The position numbers were made by a program, and so were the translations under genes. DNA of 64,000 nucleotides, taken from contig JBNJNM010000011.1 of NCBI GenBank assembly GCA_052426225.1, positions 806,001 to 870,000 on the forward strand, written 5' to 3'. The notes beneath the pieces are model-generated. The model worked only from the letters and a program-made list of their open reading frames with translations, had not been told where the DNA came from and did no database searches. This document shows positions 49,073 to 61,329 of this stretch, piece after piece (position 1 is the first letter of the stretch; each line of letters opens with the position of its first letter). Source of the DNA: Zancudomyces culisetae HAW-14-8 (taxonomy: Eukaryota > Fungi > Kickxellomycota).

Positions 49073-51480
49073 CTTATTGTACTTAACTGTGTGTGGTAAG
49101 TTAAAAGCAAGAAACTATAAACAGAAAAATAACTCGATGTATAATACTTATTTATACTTTTTATTGCGCCTTGGTATGTTGAGTTCAAAATTTTTTTTCA
49201 ACTATGCCCAGCAAAATTCACAATTTGAACCTTGTTGATTTCATTCGATCGTTTCTAATTCTTTATCTTAAGCTTGCGGGTCGGCTATTTCAAGAATTTA
49301 ATATATCCCTGATATAATTGGAGGAACAGTTGGAAATTCCTACAACACTAAATAACAACATTTATGGAAGGGCAGAATGAAAAAAGTTATAGGATAAAAA
49401 AAAAATGTGAAAAAAAAACTAAGAGTTTAAGGGTCGTCAAAAAAGGAGTTTTTTAGCTATTCCGCTGAGTCCACTGAATTCTGCTTCAATTCATTTTTTT
49501 TATTTTACAGTTTTGTACATCCAAAAAATGCTCGTTAATTTGGTTATGATAGGCCTGAGCATAGTGTCTACATAGATACAAGCGAAACAGGCAATATACC
49601 GCAACATTTGGACGCTTTTAAGCACACTTGGATGTGATATGTTGAAAAACCGAGATGAATGACGAGCGGATGATGTTGGCTGAACTAAAAACGGCGCAAA
49701 CAAAACTAAACAAATCGCACCCTCTGATCTTCTTCCTCCAACTGGAATGAGCGTGAAGGCTGGTCATGTCTGAAAAATGTTTTGAATAAAATCACAATGG
49801 ATATACTGACATGTAATCCCAGTTGGTCATTGCAAAAGTTAGTTGATTGTTTTATTTTACCTCATTTTTGAGTTCTTATTGTATTGTTTTTGTTATCTTG
49901 TTATTTTAAGAGCTGCTCACTTTTTGCGAGCAATTGGGATGTTACAATGCAAATTCGAGAAAAAAATACCCGCACAACCATACGCTCCTTCTTTTTTTGT
50001 ACTCCTTTTTGCCAATACCAATCTAGTGATTATATTTAATATACTTAATCCCATGAATATCCCAGCTATACTCCCAGGATGCTTCTGAAAAGAACCCATT
50101 TTGTACTTTTCATTTCTCATCTTTATCTCTTGCTACTATAACATTAATTGCATTTTATCAAATTTACATCGGTTATAGTTTGCAAAGGTCTCAAACTATC
50201 GGCTACAACATCTATTTAGAGCAATTTTTAAGTTCATCGTACAGTTTATCGCTTACTCATTTAATTTGCACATGGTAGAATCTAGCTAAACTACTGCTGA
50301 AATACAGCAACTCAACGCAAAAATGATAGTTGATTTCTAATTGAAATATATTCTCATCACTATCCCCAAGTTTAGACCTAGCCCCAAAAATGAAAAAATG
50401 CTAAATTTAAACAGCCAATAATAAAAATGAGATGAATGTCACTCACTATTTTTCTTTTCCCTTTCCGACTTTTAAGGCCATCACTCCGAATTATTTCTTT
50501 CCATGATGGCCCATGCTTATACCCACGTTTGCGCTCGTGCCATGTTGGCTTAAATGTTCTAGAGCAGGTATTGGTGGTAGAAGATCAGTCCGACGTTTTT
50601 AGATGGCGTATATTGTTTTTGCATTCCGTAAACTCCGCGAATACCTACGGCTCTTCAAATCCGACTAATTTTTCTTATAGAACGCCTGCTATATTCCAAT
50701 TGTATGTATTTCTTCCCTAAATAACATTACATGTGATCCGGATATTATCATTTTACAATCATACCACCATTCACCATTCATCATTCGAACAAAAAATGAG
50801 TGTAAAGAAAACTACTCAAAACAATCTGTTGGTATCCGCTTTTGCTGAAGTTGTAATGAGAAGTACAATAGGGCTTAGATATACTTTGGGGTAGAATAAA
50901 AATAAACATAAACATAGCCATAACTATCTATTTTTAGACAAAGTTGAAAGTCATACTTTTCTTTAATGCTTGGACGCATAAGAGCTTATTTCAGAGAAGG
51001 ATAAATGGTATGCGTACAATAATGCTTTTACATCCTACACATACAATTATTTCTGAACTTGTGTGCAGAGAATGCATTATAAACCTCTAACACCTAACGT
51101 TATGTTGATATCAATATGCAATGTCGCAACTTGGACCTTCTTGGTCTATGAAAACGACATTGTTATAGTTGGTCTGAGCCAAAAGCGTTGGTTATTCAAT
51201 CATCACTACTAGACGAAAGTAAAAAATATTTTATGCTACTCGAATGAAATGTAAAATTTTTTTTTTATTCTGCCAGTTTGGTTGGAGAAAATTATAACAA
51301 AATCGAATAAAAAAAAATGGAGGGCGCAAGTAATTTGCAAGCTTGATAATGAGAAAATATTCGATCTGGCTGATATTCTGAATTATATGCTTGAACGAAA
51401 CTCGAGATAAAAAATTTGAATAGAGCGCACTTTAGTTACACATTTAAAAATTTAAGTAATAAAGGTACAAGTACACATAA

Positions 51481-52949
51481 ATGAGGGTATTGGAATTTTT
51501 TAGTGGGATTGGCGGCTTGGTAAGTATCATCACAATATACTAGTAAATCCAGTTAGAAATTCAAACAATAATCTGTTGCTAAAAAAATGTGGTCAATTGC
51601 TCTAGCGATTTGGGCTTTCAGAGGCAGGAATAGAATTCGAAGTAGCAGAGAGCTATGATATAAACGAGTTAGCGAACGAAGTATATGAATACGTATTTAA
51701 AAAACGTCCCAGTAAGGTATACTTGTTTATTTATTACGTTGACTACCAGCTCATGAAAACACTAGTAACCAAGTTCAACTGATAACAAAAAAATACGGTT
51801 AAATAGAAAACAATAGTATACTTGAAATCCCAGGAAATTGAGAAGCATGAGGCAGATGTGTGGTTAATGAGCCCGCCATGCCAGCCATTTACGCGAGGAG
51901 GTAAATATCTAGACGATAAGGATGAAAGAACGAAGCCATTACTGAAAATTTTGGAAATTTTGGAAGATTTGGAGAGAAATAAAGGCAAGGGGCCAAAATA
52001 TCTATTTTTGGAAAATGTAAAGAATTTTGAAAATTCGAATACCAGAAAAAGAATAGTAACGCTGTTGAGGGAGCTTAATTACGAAACGAAGGAGTATTTG
52101 TTGAGTCCAAATCAAATAGGCGTACCAAACAACAGATTGAGATACTACCTAACTGCAGTCAAACAATGTACAAGCCGCAAGACTGGAAAAAATGATCCAA
52201 ATAACGACAGTGCATTAAATGACACAATGTTTACAGAGTTCCCCACAGAGTATTTAAAGCAGGGACCAAATGGCATTGAAAGCACAAAGCCTAAAACTCT
52301 GAAAGAATATTTGAATCCAGAGTTTGATCCACAAGCGACAATGGACGAAAACACGATTGAGCAATATTTAGTACCACTCGAAAAAATAATGAAAAGAAAG
52401 CATAACAATAGGTTTGATTTTGATATTGTAGATATGGATAGCAACAACACAACGACATTTACAAAAGCATATGGATCTAAACACCTGATAGGTAGTGGAT
52501 CTCTCCTGCTAATGTCACAGCAACCAGGTACTCTATCGACGCATTTGTCCTCCACCTCGCAAAACAAAGCTGCGACCGCAGATCCTAGTAGCGAAATAGC
52601 AAATAGTAATAAGACACATTCAATGCCGGATCACGTCAATCGCAATTCTTGTTTTCCTGATGGTTATGATTTGCAAAGTGTCAGGGAAATTCTGAGCCGT
52701 GGGGACGCAGATCAGATTGAGGATATGTTTGTCACAAAAAAAGCTCAACTTCGATTCTTTACACCAAATGAAGTGGCACAATTGATGAACTTTCCTCTTA
52801 AATCCGACAGCTTTTTACAAAATGCGTTAAAATTTCCACCGCAAGATGGAAATTCTGGCATTAGCAATAGACAACAATGGCAATTGTTAGGGAACAGCGT
52901 TAATGTAAAAGTAGTTTCGGTATTATTAAAAAATATGATTGAACAATAA
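51481..52949 (+). CDS. DNMT2: tRNA (cytosine-38-C5)-methyltransferase Dnmt2/TRDMT1/Pmt1 (3 exons)
   Basis: Motif I MRVLEFFSGIGG, DIN, SPPCQPFTR, ENV, RLRYY, LRFFTPNEVAQL, LLGNSVNV. Confidence 0.9.
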
Positions 52950-53047
52950 ACAATTGGATAGTCATAGATACTTTCTATCAATAAAAGTACGCTAAAACAT
53001 TCCATATTTTTTCTATTTCTATCGCCACACCCATTTCGAACTAACTA

Positions 53048-55185
53048 TCATTTTTTTTGTTCCTTCTTTTTGGCTGATTTTTTTGGTTGGCCGCTTTGCT
53101 CTTTTTGTTCCTTCTTGCCTGGTTGTTTTGTTTGACCACCTTGCTCTTTTTGCTGCTTTTTCTGGCTAATAATATTCTTTATCCTAGCTTCTTGTCTCTT
53201 GTCATACGAAGAAACCGTACTGATCGTGCGTCGATCAACAGGCTTGGCCTTAATTGCCTTCTTCAACCGGTTGGATGGGTTCTTAAGATGGAGCAACCAG
53301 TCTTCAACCTGACATCCACTTTGTTTCATGACATTTACGACGTTCTTCAGATATGGCAGATCATCCTTTGTGAAAAAAGTGATTGCTTTGCCATGGTTTC
53401 CGGCTCTTCCTGTACGCCCAATTCTGTGAATATAACTCTCAACGGTCTGTGGAAAGTCGTAGTTTATGACTAGATTAACAGCCTTATCAAAATCAACACC
53501 ACGTGCCATAAGTTCAGTTGAAATCAGCACCCACAGCCTTCCAATCCGAAAACTCTCAATAATTCGATCGCGCTGAGCCTTTGTTTTGTCAGCATGCATC
53601 ACTTCGACATTGATCCCCTCATATAAAAGCTCATGATACAACTCTCTTGCTCTTTCTATCGACTGTACAAAGATCAAACATGGTGGTTTGAATCCGGACC
53701 GAATCATGTTGCGTATCTCCATTATTTTACCCTCTTCTTGTCCCACAAAGACCAACTTTTGCTCGATGTTTTCCGTTGCAGCATTCTGGGTTCCTACAAC
53801 TATTTTTACCGGATCTTTCATGATCCTGTTTCCCAACATCTCTACCATTGAAGGAATGGTTGCACTATACATAACTTTCTGAACGCCCTCAGCTGTACAC
53901 TCTGCCAATATCTCGTCTACTTGCTCCAGAAATCCCTCCTCTAATAGTTTGTCTGCCTCATCCAACACTATTTGCGTTACTCTATCAACTTTGATTTCCT
54001 GTGCTCGTATAGCATATATCAAACTCAAAGGTGTTGCAACCAAGATGTCTATCCTCTTTTTGTTCTTTGGGTCTTGATTTTTCAAAGAGGTCTTGGCCTT
54101 TGAGAGTACGCTGGCTCTTATCTTTTTACTTGGAACCAACAATTTTATTTGCCTGTGAATCTATATACAGTTTAAATTTTGATAATGGTTTTAGATTAAT
54201 ATTAGATTGCAGTATATTACAAGTGATCAATAACAAGACATGAATAAAAAAAAGGTGGAGAAGAAGTGGTAAAAATTAATCCATAATGCTCAACTTACCT
54301 GATTTGCTAGTTCTCTTGTCGGTGAGATGATCAGCGCTTTGATATCACTATTATTTTTCTCTTTTTCGCTCTTGGTAGACAGCCTATGCACTAGTGGTAG
54401 CAGAAATGCAAGTGTTTTTCCCGATCCTGTAGGCGCAACAGCGATCAGATCCCTTTTGTTTATTGATATTGGTATTGCTTGCATCTGGATGGGTGTTGGC
54501 TCCAAATAACCACCCTTATTGATCATATTTTCCTGTATGTATGATTTGAACTGAAAGCGATTCATCATTTCCTTAAAGCCCTGGATCGGGTAGTTGTAAA
54601 AATATTCTTCCTCCTCGATTTCTCCTTCCTCAGCTCCTTTTATATTATGTCCCTGCTTTCCTTCTTTAACCATTTTTTCGAGCCCCCAGATCTTTATTTT
54701 GTGTTTTCTTCGGAATTCGGCAACCTGCTGGCTCGTTTCAAACGGTTCGTAGTCGATTTCTTTGAATTCGGATATCTGTTTTTGCTCTGTTTTTAATTTT
54801 TTATTCGCTTTAGTCTCTCCATTGGTCTCTACTGAGGATAGTTCATTTGATTTCCTCTTGTTCTTGCCCGATATGATCCCCAACACGTCTAATTCTGGTG
54901 GCACTGAGTCAACAATCCCAACAATGGCTTTGTTTTCTGTTTTCACATCCTGGTTCCCCTTGCCTTTTATACCTAACTATGTTATCAGTTTAAATTTTGT
55001 TAATTAATACAACTCCCTTCACGTTTTCATGACTTGTCAGATTTTTAATCTAAGCAATTAAAAAATATGGGTAAATTGCTCTTAAAAGACATTTTAGAAA
55101 TTTATATGTAATCTACCTCTAGCTTTTTGTTATATTGACGCTTGTCAAACTTGATTCCCGCTCTTAGCAGATTGAATGCATTCAT
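53048..55185 (-). CDS. ROK1: DEAD-box RNA helicase Rok1/DDX52, multi-exon
   Basis: PTPIQMQAIP, APTGSGKT, PTRELA, DEADKL, SAT, PPCLIFVQSIERARELYHEL, HRIGRTGRAG; first exon MNAFNLLRAGIKFDK. Confidence 0.92.
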
Positions 55186-55545
55186 TTTTCAATTATTTTC
55201 CAAATATTCGGTCTACACCTATTCTGTAGTAATTTGGTTCTTATGCGCTTAACATTTTTTTTATACATGTTTATGTCATTTAAATCATCATTTTCGATTC
55301 AAGTACTAAAAAAAAAATTTTTTTCAGGCTAAAACACCAAATACATTTCCTTTGAATTGGTAAAATTTTTTATTTTAACATTTGCCCAAGTCGTCGCCAA
55401 AATCACGATGTTGAGCTGATGCCATTGGTAAAAAATAAACCATCAAAAAAAAATAACAATAAAGTAAAAAGGGATTTCTTCAACACAGAACAATGTAATA
55501 TATAATGATCAATACAAAAAGAAAAAGATAATGATGAACGGTTGA

Positions 55546-57125
55546 TTAGCTACCAAACTCGATGCAGAAAGCTACAGCTACCTTGGAAAACTCCAAAGCA
55601 TGATCAAAATTGATTGTTTCTACGGTATCACTGGGTGTGTGGATATATTTGTTATCATCCAGGCTATCGCTCTCAAAGGACATTGAGCTTCGGTAACCTA
55701 GTTTATACCATGGAGCATGGTCTGAGCAAGCATAGCCGCATTTGAGATCTCTAGGTTCAAGTCTGGTATGTTCACGAACCAACAGGCGAACAAAATCATT
55801 CATTTTTGGATCAGTATTGTCAGCGACTATTCCATACACCTCCTGCTTGGAAAAGTATCCAGTCATATCAAAATGCAATTGCCCAACCATGTTGACACCT
55901 GACCTTGAATACGACTTTGCTATGTCCTGCGATCCCAGCAATCCACCTTCCTCTCCTGCATACCAATGAAACTCTACTGTTCTTGCGGGCTTGAAATCGC
56001 TTTCCAATAAAGCCTTAAGTGCTGTCATTATTGTTACTGTCCCACTTCCATCGTCATCGGCACCAGGTGCTCTTCCAAACCTATTTTAATCAACGGGATT
56101 ATCTCATTAACATATTATTTGTGGATCTATGCCGATGACAACCTTGCATATCTTTTTGACGCATATTACGCGCTCGTGTATTATCAAAAAATTTCAAAAG
56201 TGTTACCATGGCAACCACATATTGATTGAATCCAAATGTGCTGTGACTAGAATAACCTGGCTCGCTAAGCTACCTTCTCCTTCTATACGAGCTATTACGC
56301 TGGGTTGCTTGAATCTGTGCGGGAAGGTGTTGACACTAATATCTAACTTTGTGCCTGATTCGGCAATCATCTTTTGGATTTGATCTTTAATCCAATTAGC
56401 AGCTTGTTTCTATTTTTTTCGCCAAGAGAAAAACAGTAAGAAAATGCCACAAACTTAATTAATATGTCATCGTAGCACAACGCTTATCTGTTTTATATTC
56501 ATTAATAAGAGTAAAATAGGCTTACACCAGTGTCTGAATCATAGTATCTGGTGTTGAAGCTTGTCAAATGCTGAAGTTTTTCCTTCATGAATGTTGTAGA
56601 AAGCAAGTTTTTGGCCTTTGAGACTTGCTTTGTGCGAGTCAACTCTGATGGGAATTCTATTTATCACAACAAGTACAATGAATAAGTATAGGTTTTTCTG
56701 GAGTAGTTTAAAAAACGAGATGGATAATAAATAAACCTAGTAAAAGTTCAGGGATTGAACTTTTCTTTTATTTTCATTTTTTGCATCTTACCTGGCAAGT
56801 CAATTGGCTTTGCTGTCTGAATGTCATACAACTGAGATTCAGTAATATCCATAAACTTAATTCCAAGTCTTCGAATCTTAATAATGTCCTCTTCAGTCAT
56901 CCACACAGCAGGTCTTTCGTCACTAGTTTTAATCAATCTTTTTTCTGTGTACATTTGAGAGCCCTTTTCTACCTCTCCGTAAGAATCTAGACCAAAACCG
57001 TTGTCCTTTTTTAGCTCCTCAAATACTTTTTGTCTGTACCTGATTTCATTCCCCCCTTTTGCCAAGACAAATTCAGGGGATAGCTGGGCAATCAAGGCGA
57101 GTGCTAGCACAGATTTGAAATACAT
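55546..57125 (-). CDS. LAP1: Secreted leucine aminopeptidase, peptidase M28 (Lap1), multi-exon
   Basis: Signal peptide, propeptide FMDIT, HLDS, APGADDDGSG, AGEEGGLLGS, DMTGY, CGYACSDH, IHT. Confidence 0.92.
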
Positions 57126-58549
57126 TTTCTTTCTTTGTTCTCTTGGAATCTTTCCTGGTAACTATCTTTTCAAAATACCGCTGTGGTTTATCTGTAGAGT
57201 TTTCTTTATTGTTACTGCTCGTGATTTAGATTAGCGAGGTCCAGTAATGTATATTGGATTTTACTTATAGGGCTACCTGAAGTTGGTTTTTACCTAGCTT
57301 TATTGGCACAGTGTTGCTAATATATATAAATATGATATAGGGCAATATAACTATTTGAATATCTGAACTTAGTGATTCTCTCTAACAAAACAAGGTGAAA
57401 AATAAAATGTAATCTTGGATGTGTATACGTTTATATATGGCTTGTTCCAACTTGTTTCGCTTTAATATATAAAAGATTGTTTGAAAACATAAATGTGATT
57501 GGCACTTTCTTGAAGTCAAATTGGAAAATGGAGAAGGAACGAGCCCATAAAATCGCACCATTACCTTGCACCTGACCTTATTTGGATTTGCGTTTTTTTT
57601 TTCCTTTCCGCTTTGTTTCAGTTTTCACAATATTTTCGCAAAGTAACAAAGTCAGTCATTAATTCAGTCAATAGCTGAAAACTCTTTTGTTCCATATTCG
57701 CTTTATCAACCAAAAGTAACAAGAAATAATGTCAAAGACTCGTTTTACTTTCCCACTGGCGTCATTGGGCCCGCAGCGACCGTATATTATCGCATTGTAC
57801 ACCCAATAAAACTGCTCTTAGCTTATAATCTTGGTCAATGATAACAATAACAATAACGATAACAACAATACACCAAAGATAATGGGTCCACCAAACTACA
57901 CGCTGCTTTAAGAATTCAACTAGCTGTTTAAAACTTGAAGATAGGGTTGCTAAAATAGGAGAGCCTAAACTAAGGTGATGCTGCTGTTTATGTTTTTTTA
58001 TACCATGTTTGTTTTTTCCGGTTAAAAGTAATGCACACGTATAATCAGGCTAAATGAATAAAGATACTTTAACTCGATCTTACAGTTATCAGAACGGTTA
58101 CCTATAGTACAATGCATTATGCAACTAATTCATGTTGTCACTAGCTTAAGTAAACGAGAAATCCCCCTTCCCCACCACCTCGATCACCTCTGTTCTTAAT
58201 ACAAGCATTATTCTCAATCAACACTATGAATCCGACTCCCCAACTGCTTCAACTGCCTCAACTCCAAAAACGAATATATACCATAAAAAAGAAAAGTTTA
58301 TTATGTAAATAAAAATAGACACCTCCTATAAGCAAAAGCAAACATTGCAAATAGGTGCGGCATAAAACTAAATTACAAAAGCAGCGGGAAAAAACAACCA
58401 TTCACGATATACTTGACCACGTTCGCCATGCCTAAAATCTGAATATCGGACGATGGGTCAAACAAATCCGCTGGGAGCAAATGGGCTTGTCAAAGCCAAC
58501 CACCCAAAGGGATGGAAAAGCAAGAAAAAAATAAAAATAAATGCATCTA

Positions 58550-58849
58550 TCAATGTTCAATTTTGAATCCCTTAGGATCCTTTACCACTTTCAACACATC
58601 CTGTACTGATCTTGGAGAAGGGGATACGTCATATTGCTTCTTGTTCCATGGGGCTTCTCCATCCTCATTTCTAAGGAGTTCTTGGATATCCCTCTCAAAA
58701 AATTCACGAGATGTGGCTTCTGGAGAGTAGGCACCACCCACGTCCAGATGTGTATTCTTTGCATTAGGCTGGGTAGCATATCCTAATCTGCTCAATCCAG
58801 CTGATGACTTCAATATCTGTGAAACTGCTCTTCCCTTGAGAGAAAACAT
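58550..58849 (-). CDS. Small hypothetical mitochondrial protein, 99 aa
   Basis: Arg/Ser/Leu-rich, acid-free presequence ending RLGY|A; coding-like composition; T/A-rich flanks. Confidence 0.65.
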   Translation of the reverse strand: MFSLKGRAVSQILKSSAGLSRLGYATQPNAKNTHLDVGGAYSPEATSREFFERDIQELLRNEDGEAPWNKKQYDVSPSPRSVQDVLKVVKDPKGFKIEH

Positions 58850-61329
58850 AACTATTACAGTGTTAACCTTTTTTGTCGGTTGTTTTGATTATTTTGTTGA
58901 GTTTGTTAAAAAACTAAAAAGTCTTCTTTGCAGAATTGTCTCGTTCTTAATTGTAGATACAGCTGTTTATATCCCTTTTTAATGATATTGATATGTTATA
59001 TCACTTCAAATCCGTTGTATTGTGAGAAGGCAAGCCTGATAAGTATTTCACAGTTTGTATTTCTCGGCGCAATCGCTATTTTAAACAGTCTTTGTTTAGT
59101 GAAGAAAAAAAAGAAGTTGGGGTGCTCCATTTCCTTGCCTTTATATACTTTTTCATTGTATGGTAATGATGTTGTCAGTACATCAAATAAGGAACAAAGT
59201 ATGTCGTGCCTCATTGATTTGGTCTATGTTTCAGCACAGTATTATTGGTCATGTTGCCTTCAATTCTCCTCGATTGCGCTATTTGGGAAAAAAAAAGTAG
59301 ATAAAACACTGGCATGTTCAGCGGTGAAGGTAAGTGCCGAATCGTATCATATCATGGAGGATTTTGTAACAATCTAACTTTGTTGTTTTTAAATTGCTTT
59401 GTAAGTGGTTAATAAAAACTTTTCTTATATCTAATATGCTTCTCTGGATTGCAAATTGACATTCAATTAGGGGTTATCGATGAATGTTTGTAAAAAGCGA
59501 AAAGTTTAAATATCGAAATGCTGTAAGAACGCTGTTATTATTCGTTAAAAATATGATAGCTATAATTTTTAAAAAATTTTATTTGCCAATAAATAGCGAC
59601 TTTGCCATCGATATAAAGCTGCATGAAACTTGCTGCGTTTTCTATTTACTTTTCTCAAACAACGCCAATTCCAAGCCGCCTGACTTTCTGTTCTTTTTTT
59701 CGCTTTTTTTCGTTTTGGTTTCATTTATTTCTCGCAAAGTTTTCATGCTAAAGCAAACAAATATCACTGCCATTTATTTGTTGTTGGACAAGTAAAAAGT
59801 GCGAGGATATGAGCTTTGTTTTCTGAACATCCACACATTATTGGGTGAATAATGATTGATTTGTATAATTAAATCGGTCTTGTGATCCAAACTAATAAAG
59901 AGGATAAGTAAAAGGCACTAATTTAAACGAGATTTTCCGTGTTTTAGGGTGCTTATTGAGTATGCTGGCATTGCAGAAATTACAAAGACTAACCCATCTC
60001 CTGACCTTATTTTTTCATAAGAATGTTGCATGTGAAAAAATGTATCTAATCTGACATAAACCTAATTCTGCATAACACCATACCAAATTCACCAACTGAC
60101 ATACTGGTTAGGTTCATTATGGGCGTTATCTGCATTGCGTTTTTATCAAAAGACGTTTTTTTTTCTTTCTTCTTTTTCAATCTGAGCGAATATGAGATCT
60201 GGCTAGTTTTTAATCACGCATTTTGACCCAGGCAAGTTGATATATTTCCACCGTTTAATCTCTGTTAATGTGCGTGCGCATGTGTGTGTTGGCATTAATG
60301 GCAATTACCATATTATTTTCACCATATTCCACCACTTAATAGCAACACATTCTTAGTACATGTTACAGTTCTTTGGTCCTAGAATTCAGTCAGGGTCATT
60401 AAAGTTTTTTTTCGTTTTTTTTTTGTTTTTTTTTGTTTTTCGTTTCTGTAAGTATGGCTGGTTAATTGGGTTTGTGTTGCACATGCAAAAACAAAAATAG
60501 TCTTTTTTTTTAAGGGGGTTTTTTGCTAGTAGAGAACAGAAATCATATGTTTGAAACATCATCACCTTATTCCTAAATGCTTTTCTGCTGTTTGAAAAAA
60601 AAAAACAATGAAATCTGCAGTGAATCAGAACTCCCCTCCCCCACCATCTTTGCAATTTTCGATGGTAATTATGACTTTGTGAATATATCAATATTGAAAA
60701 AATACGAGCGGTATTTACCTGCTTTTCACAGTTACGTACATTTATGAATCAATGCGAGAATGTCACGTTGTTTATATGTAATAACGTCATTATAATTAAT
60801 TACCAAGACTGGTGAGATCCAAAGCTATCATTACCATCCCATAGTCCACACACCAGTTCAGAAAAATATCCTCATTTTGTCTATATTCAATGTCATTGTA
60901 GAAAATTCGGAATACCTGGGGGGGTCTTTGAGAAAGAGTGTGTGAATGGAGTTTATCACTACAGTATCACCAACAAGAGTGTATCTGGTTGAAAGGGTTT
61001 ATTAGTTTTTGTTTACTTTGGCTAGCACTATTAGGAATCACTTTTGTTGTTTGATATCAATATTCACTCTATTTTATGGTTTCCAAAAGAAGGAACAATT
61101 ATTTATACTAATAACAAATAGTAAATAACTACAAAATTAATCAAATATTAAATTGGTCTAAACTAGTTGTAAATAGGAGTAGTACCCATGATAAAAGAAA
61201 ATTTTTAAATCAGCATTGATAGACAAAACAAGATAAATCTACATCAATAACAAATAAAGCTTTGTTTTCAGTAAAAGCAATGGGGAATGAAATGAACATA
61301 GAAGTAGAGATGATTATATGACGTTAACA

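Noticed and set aside
51481-52949. Bacterial restriction-modification methylase or horizontally acquired defence system
   Set aside because: Intron-containing gene with Dnmt2-specific motifs and no adjacent endonuclease.
58547-58552. Selenoprotein call for the 99-aa ORF
   Set aside because: Tandem stops are common; there is no canonical SECIS (RUGA..AA..GA) and no known selenoprotein homology.
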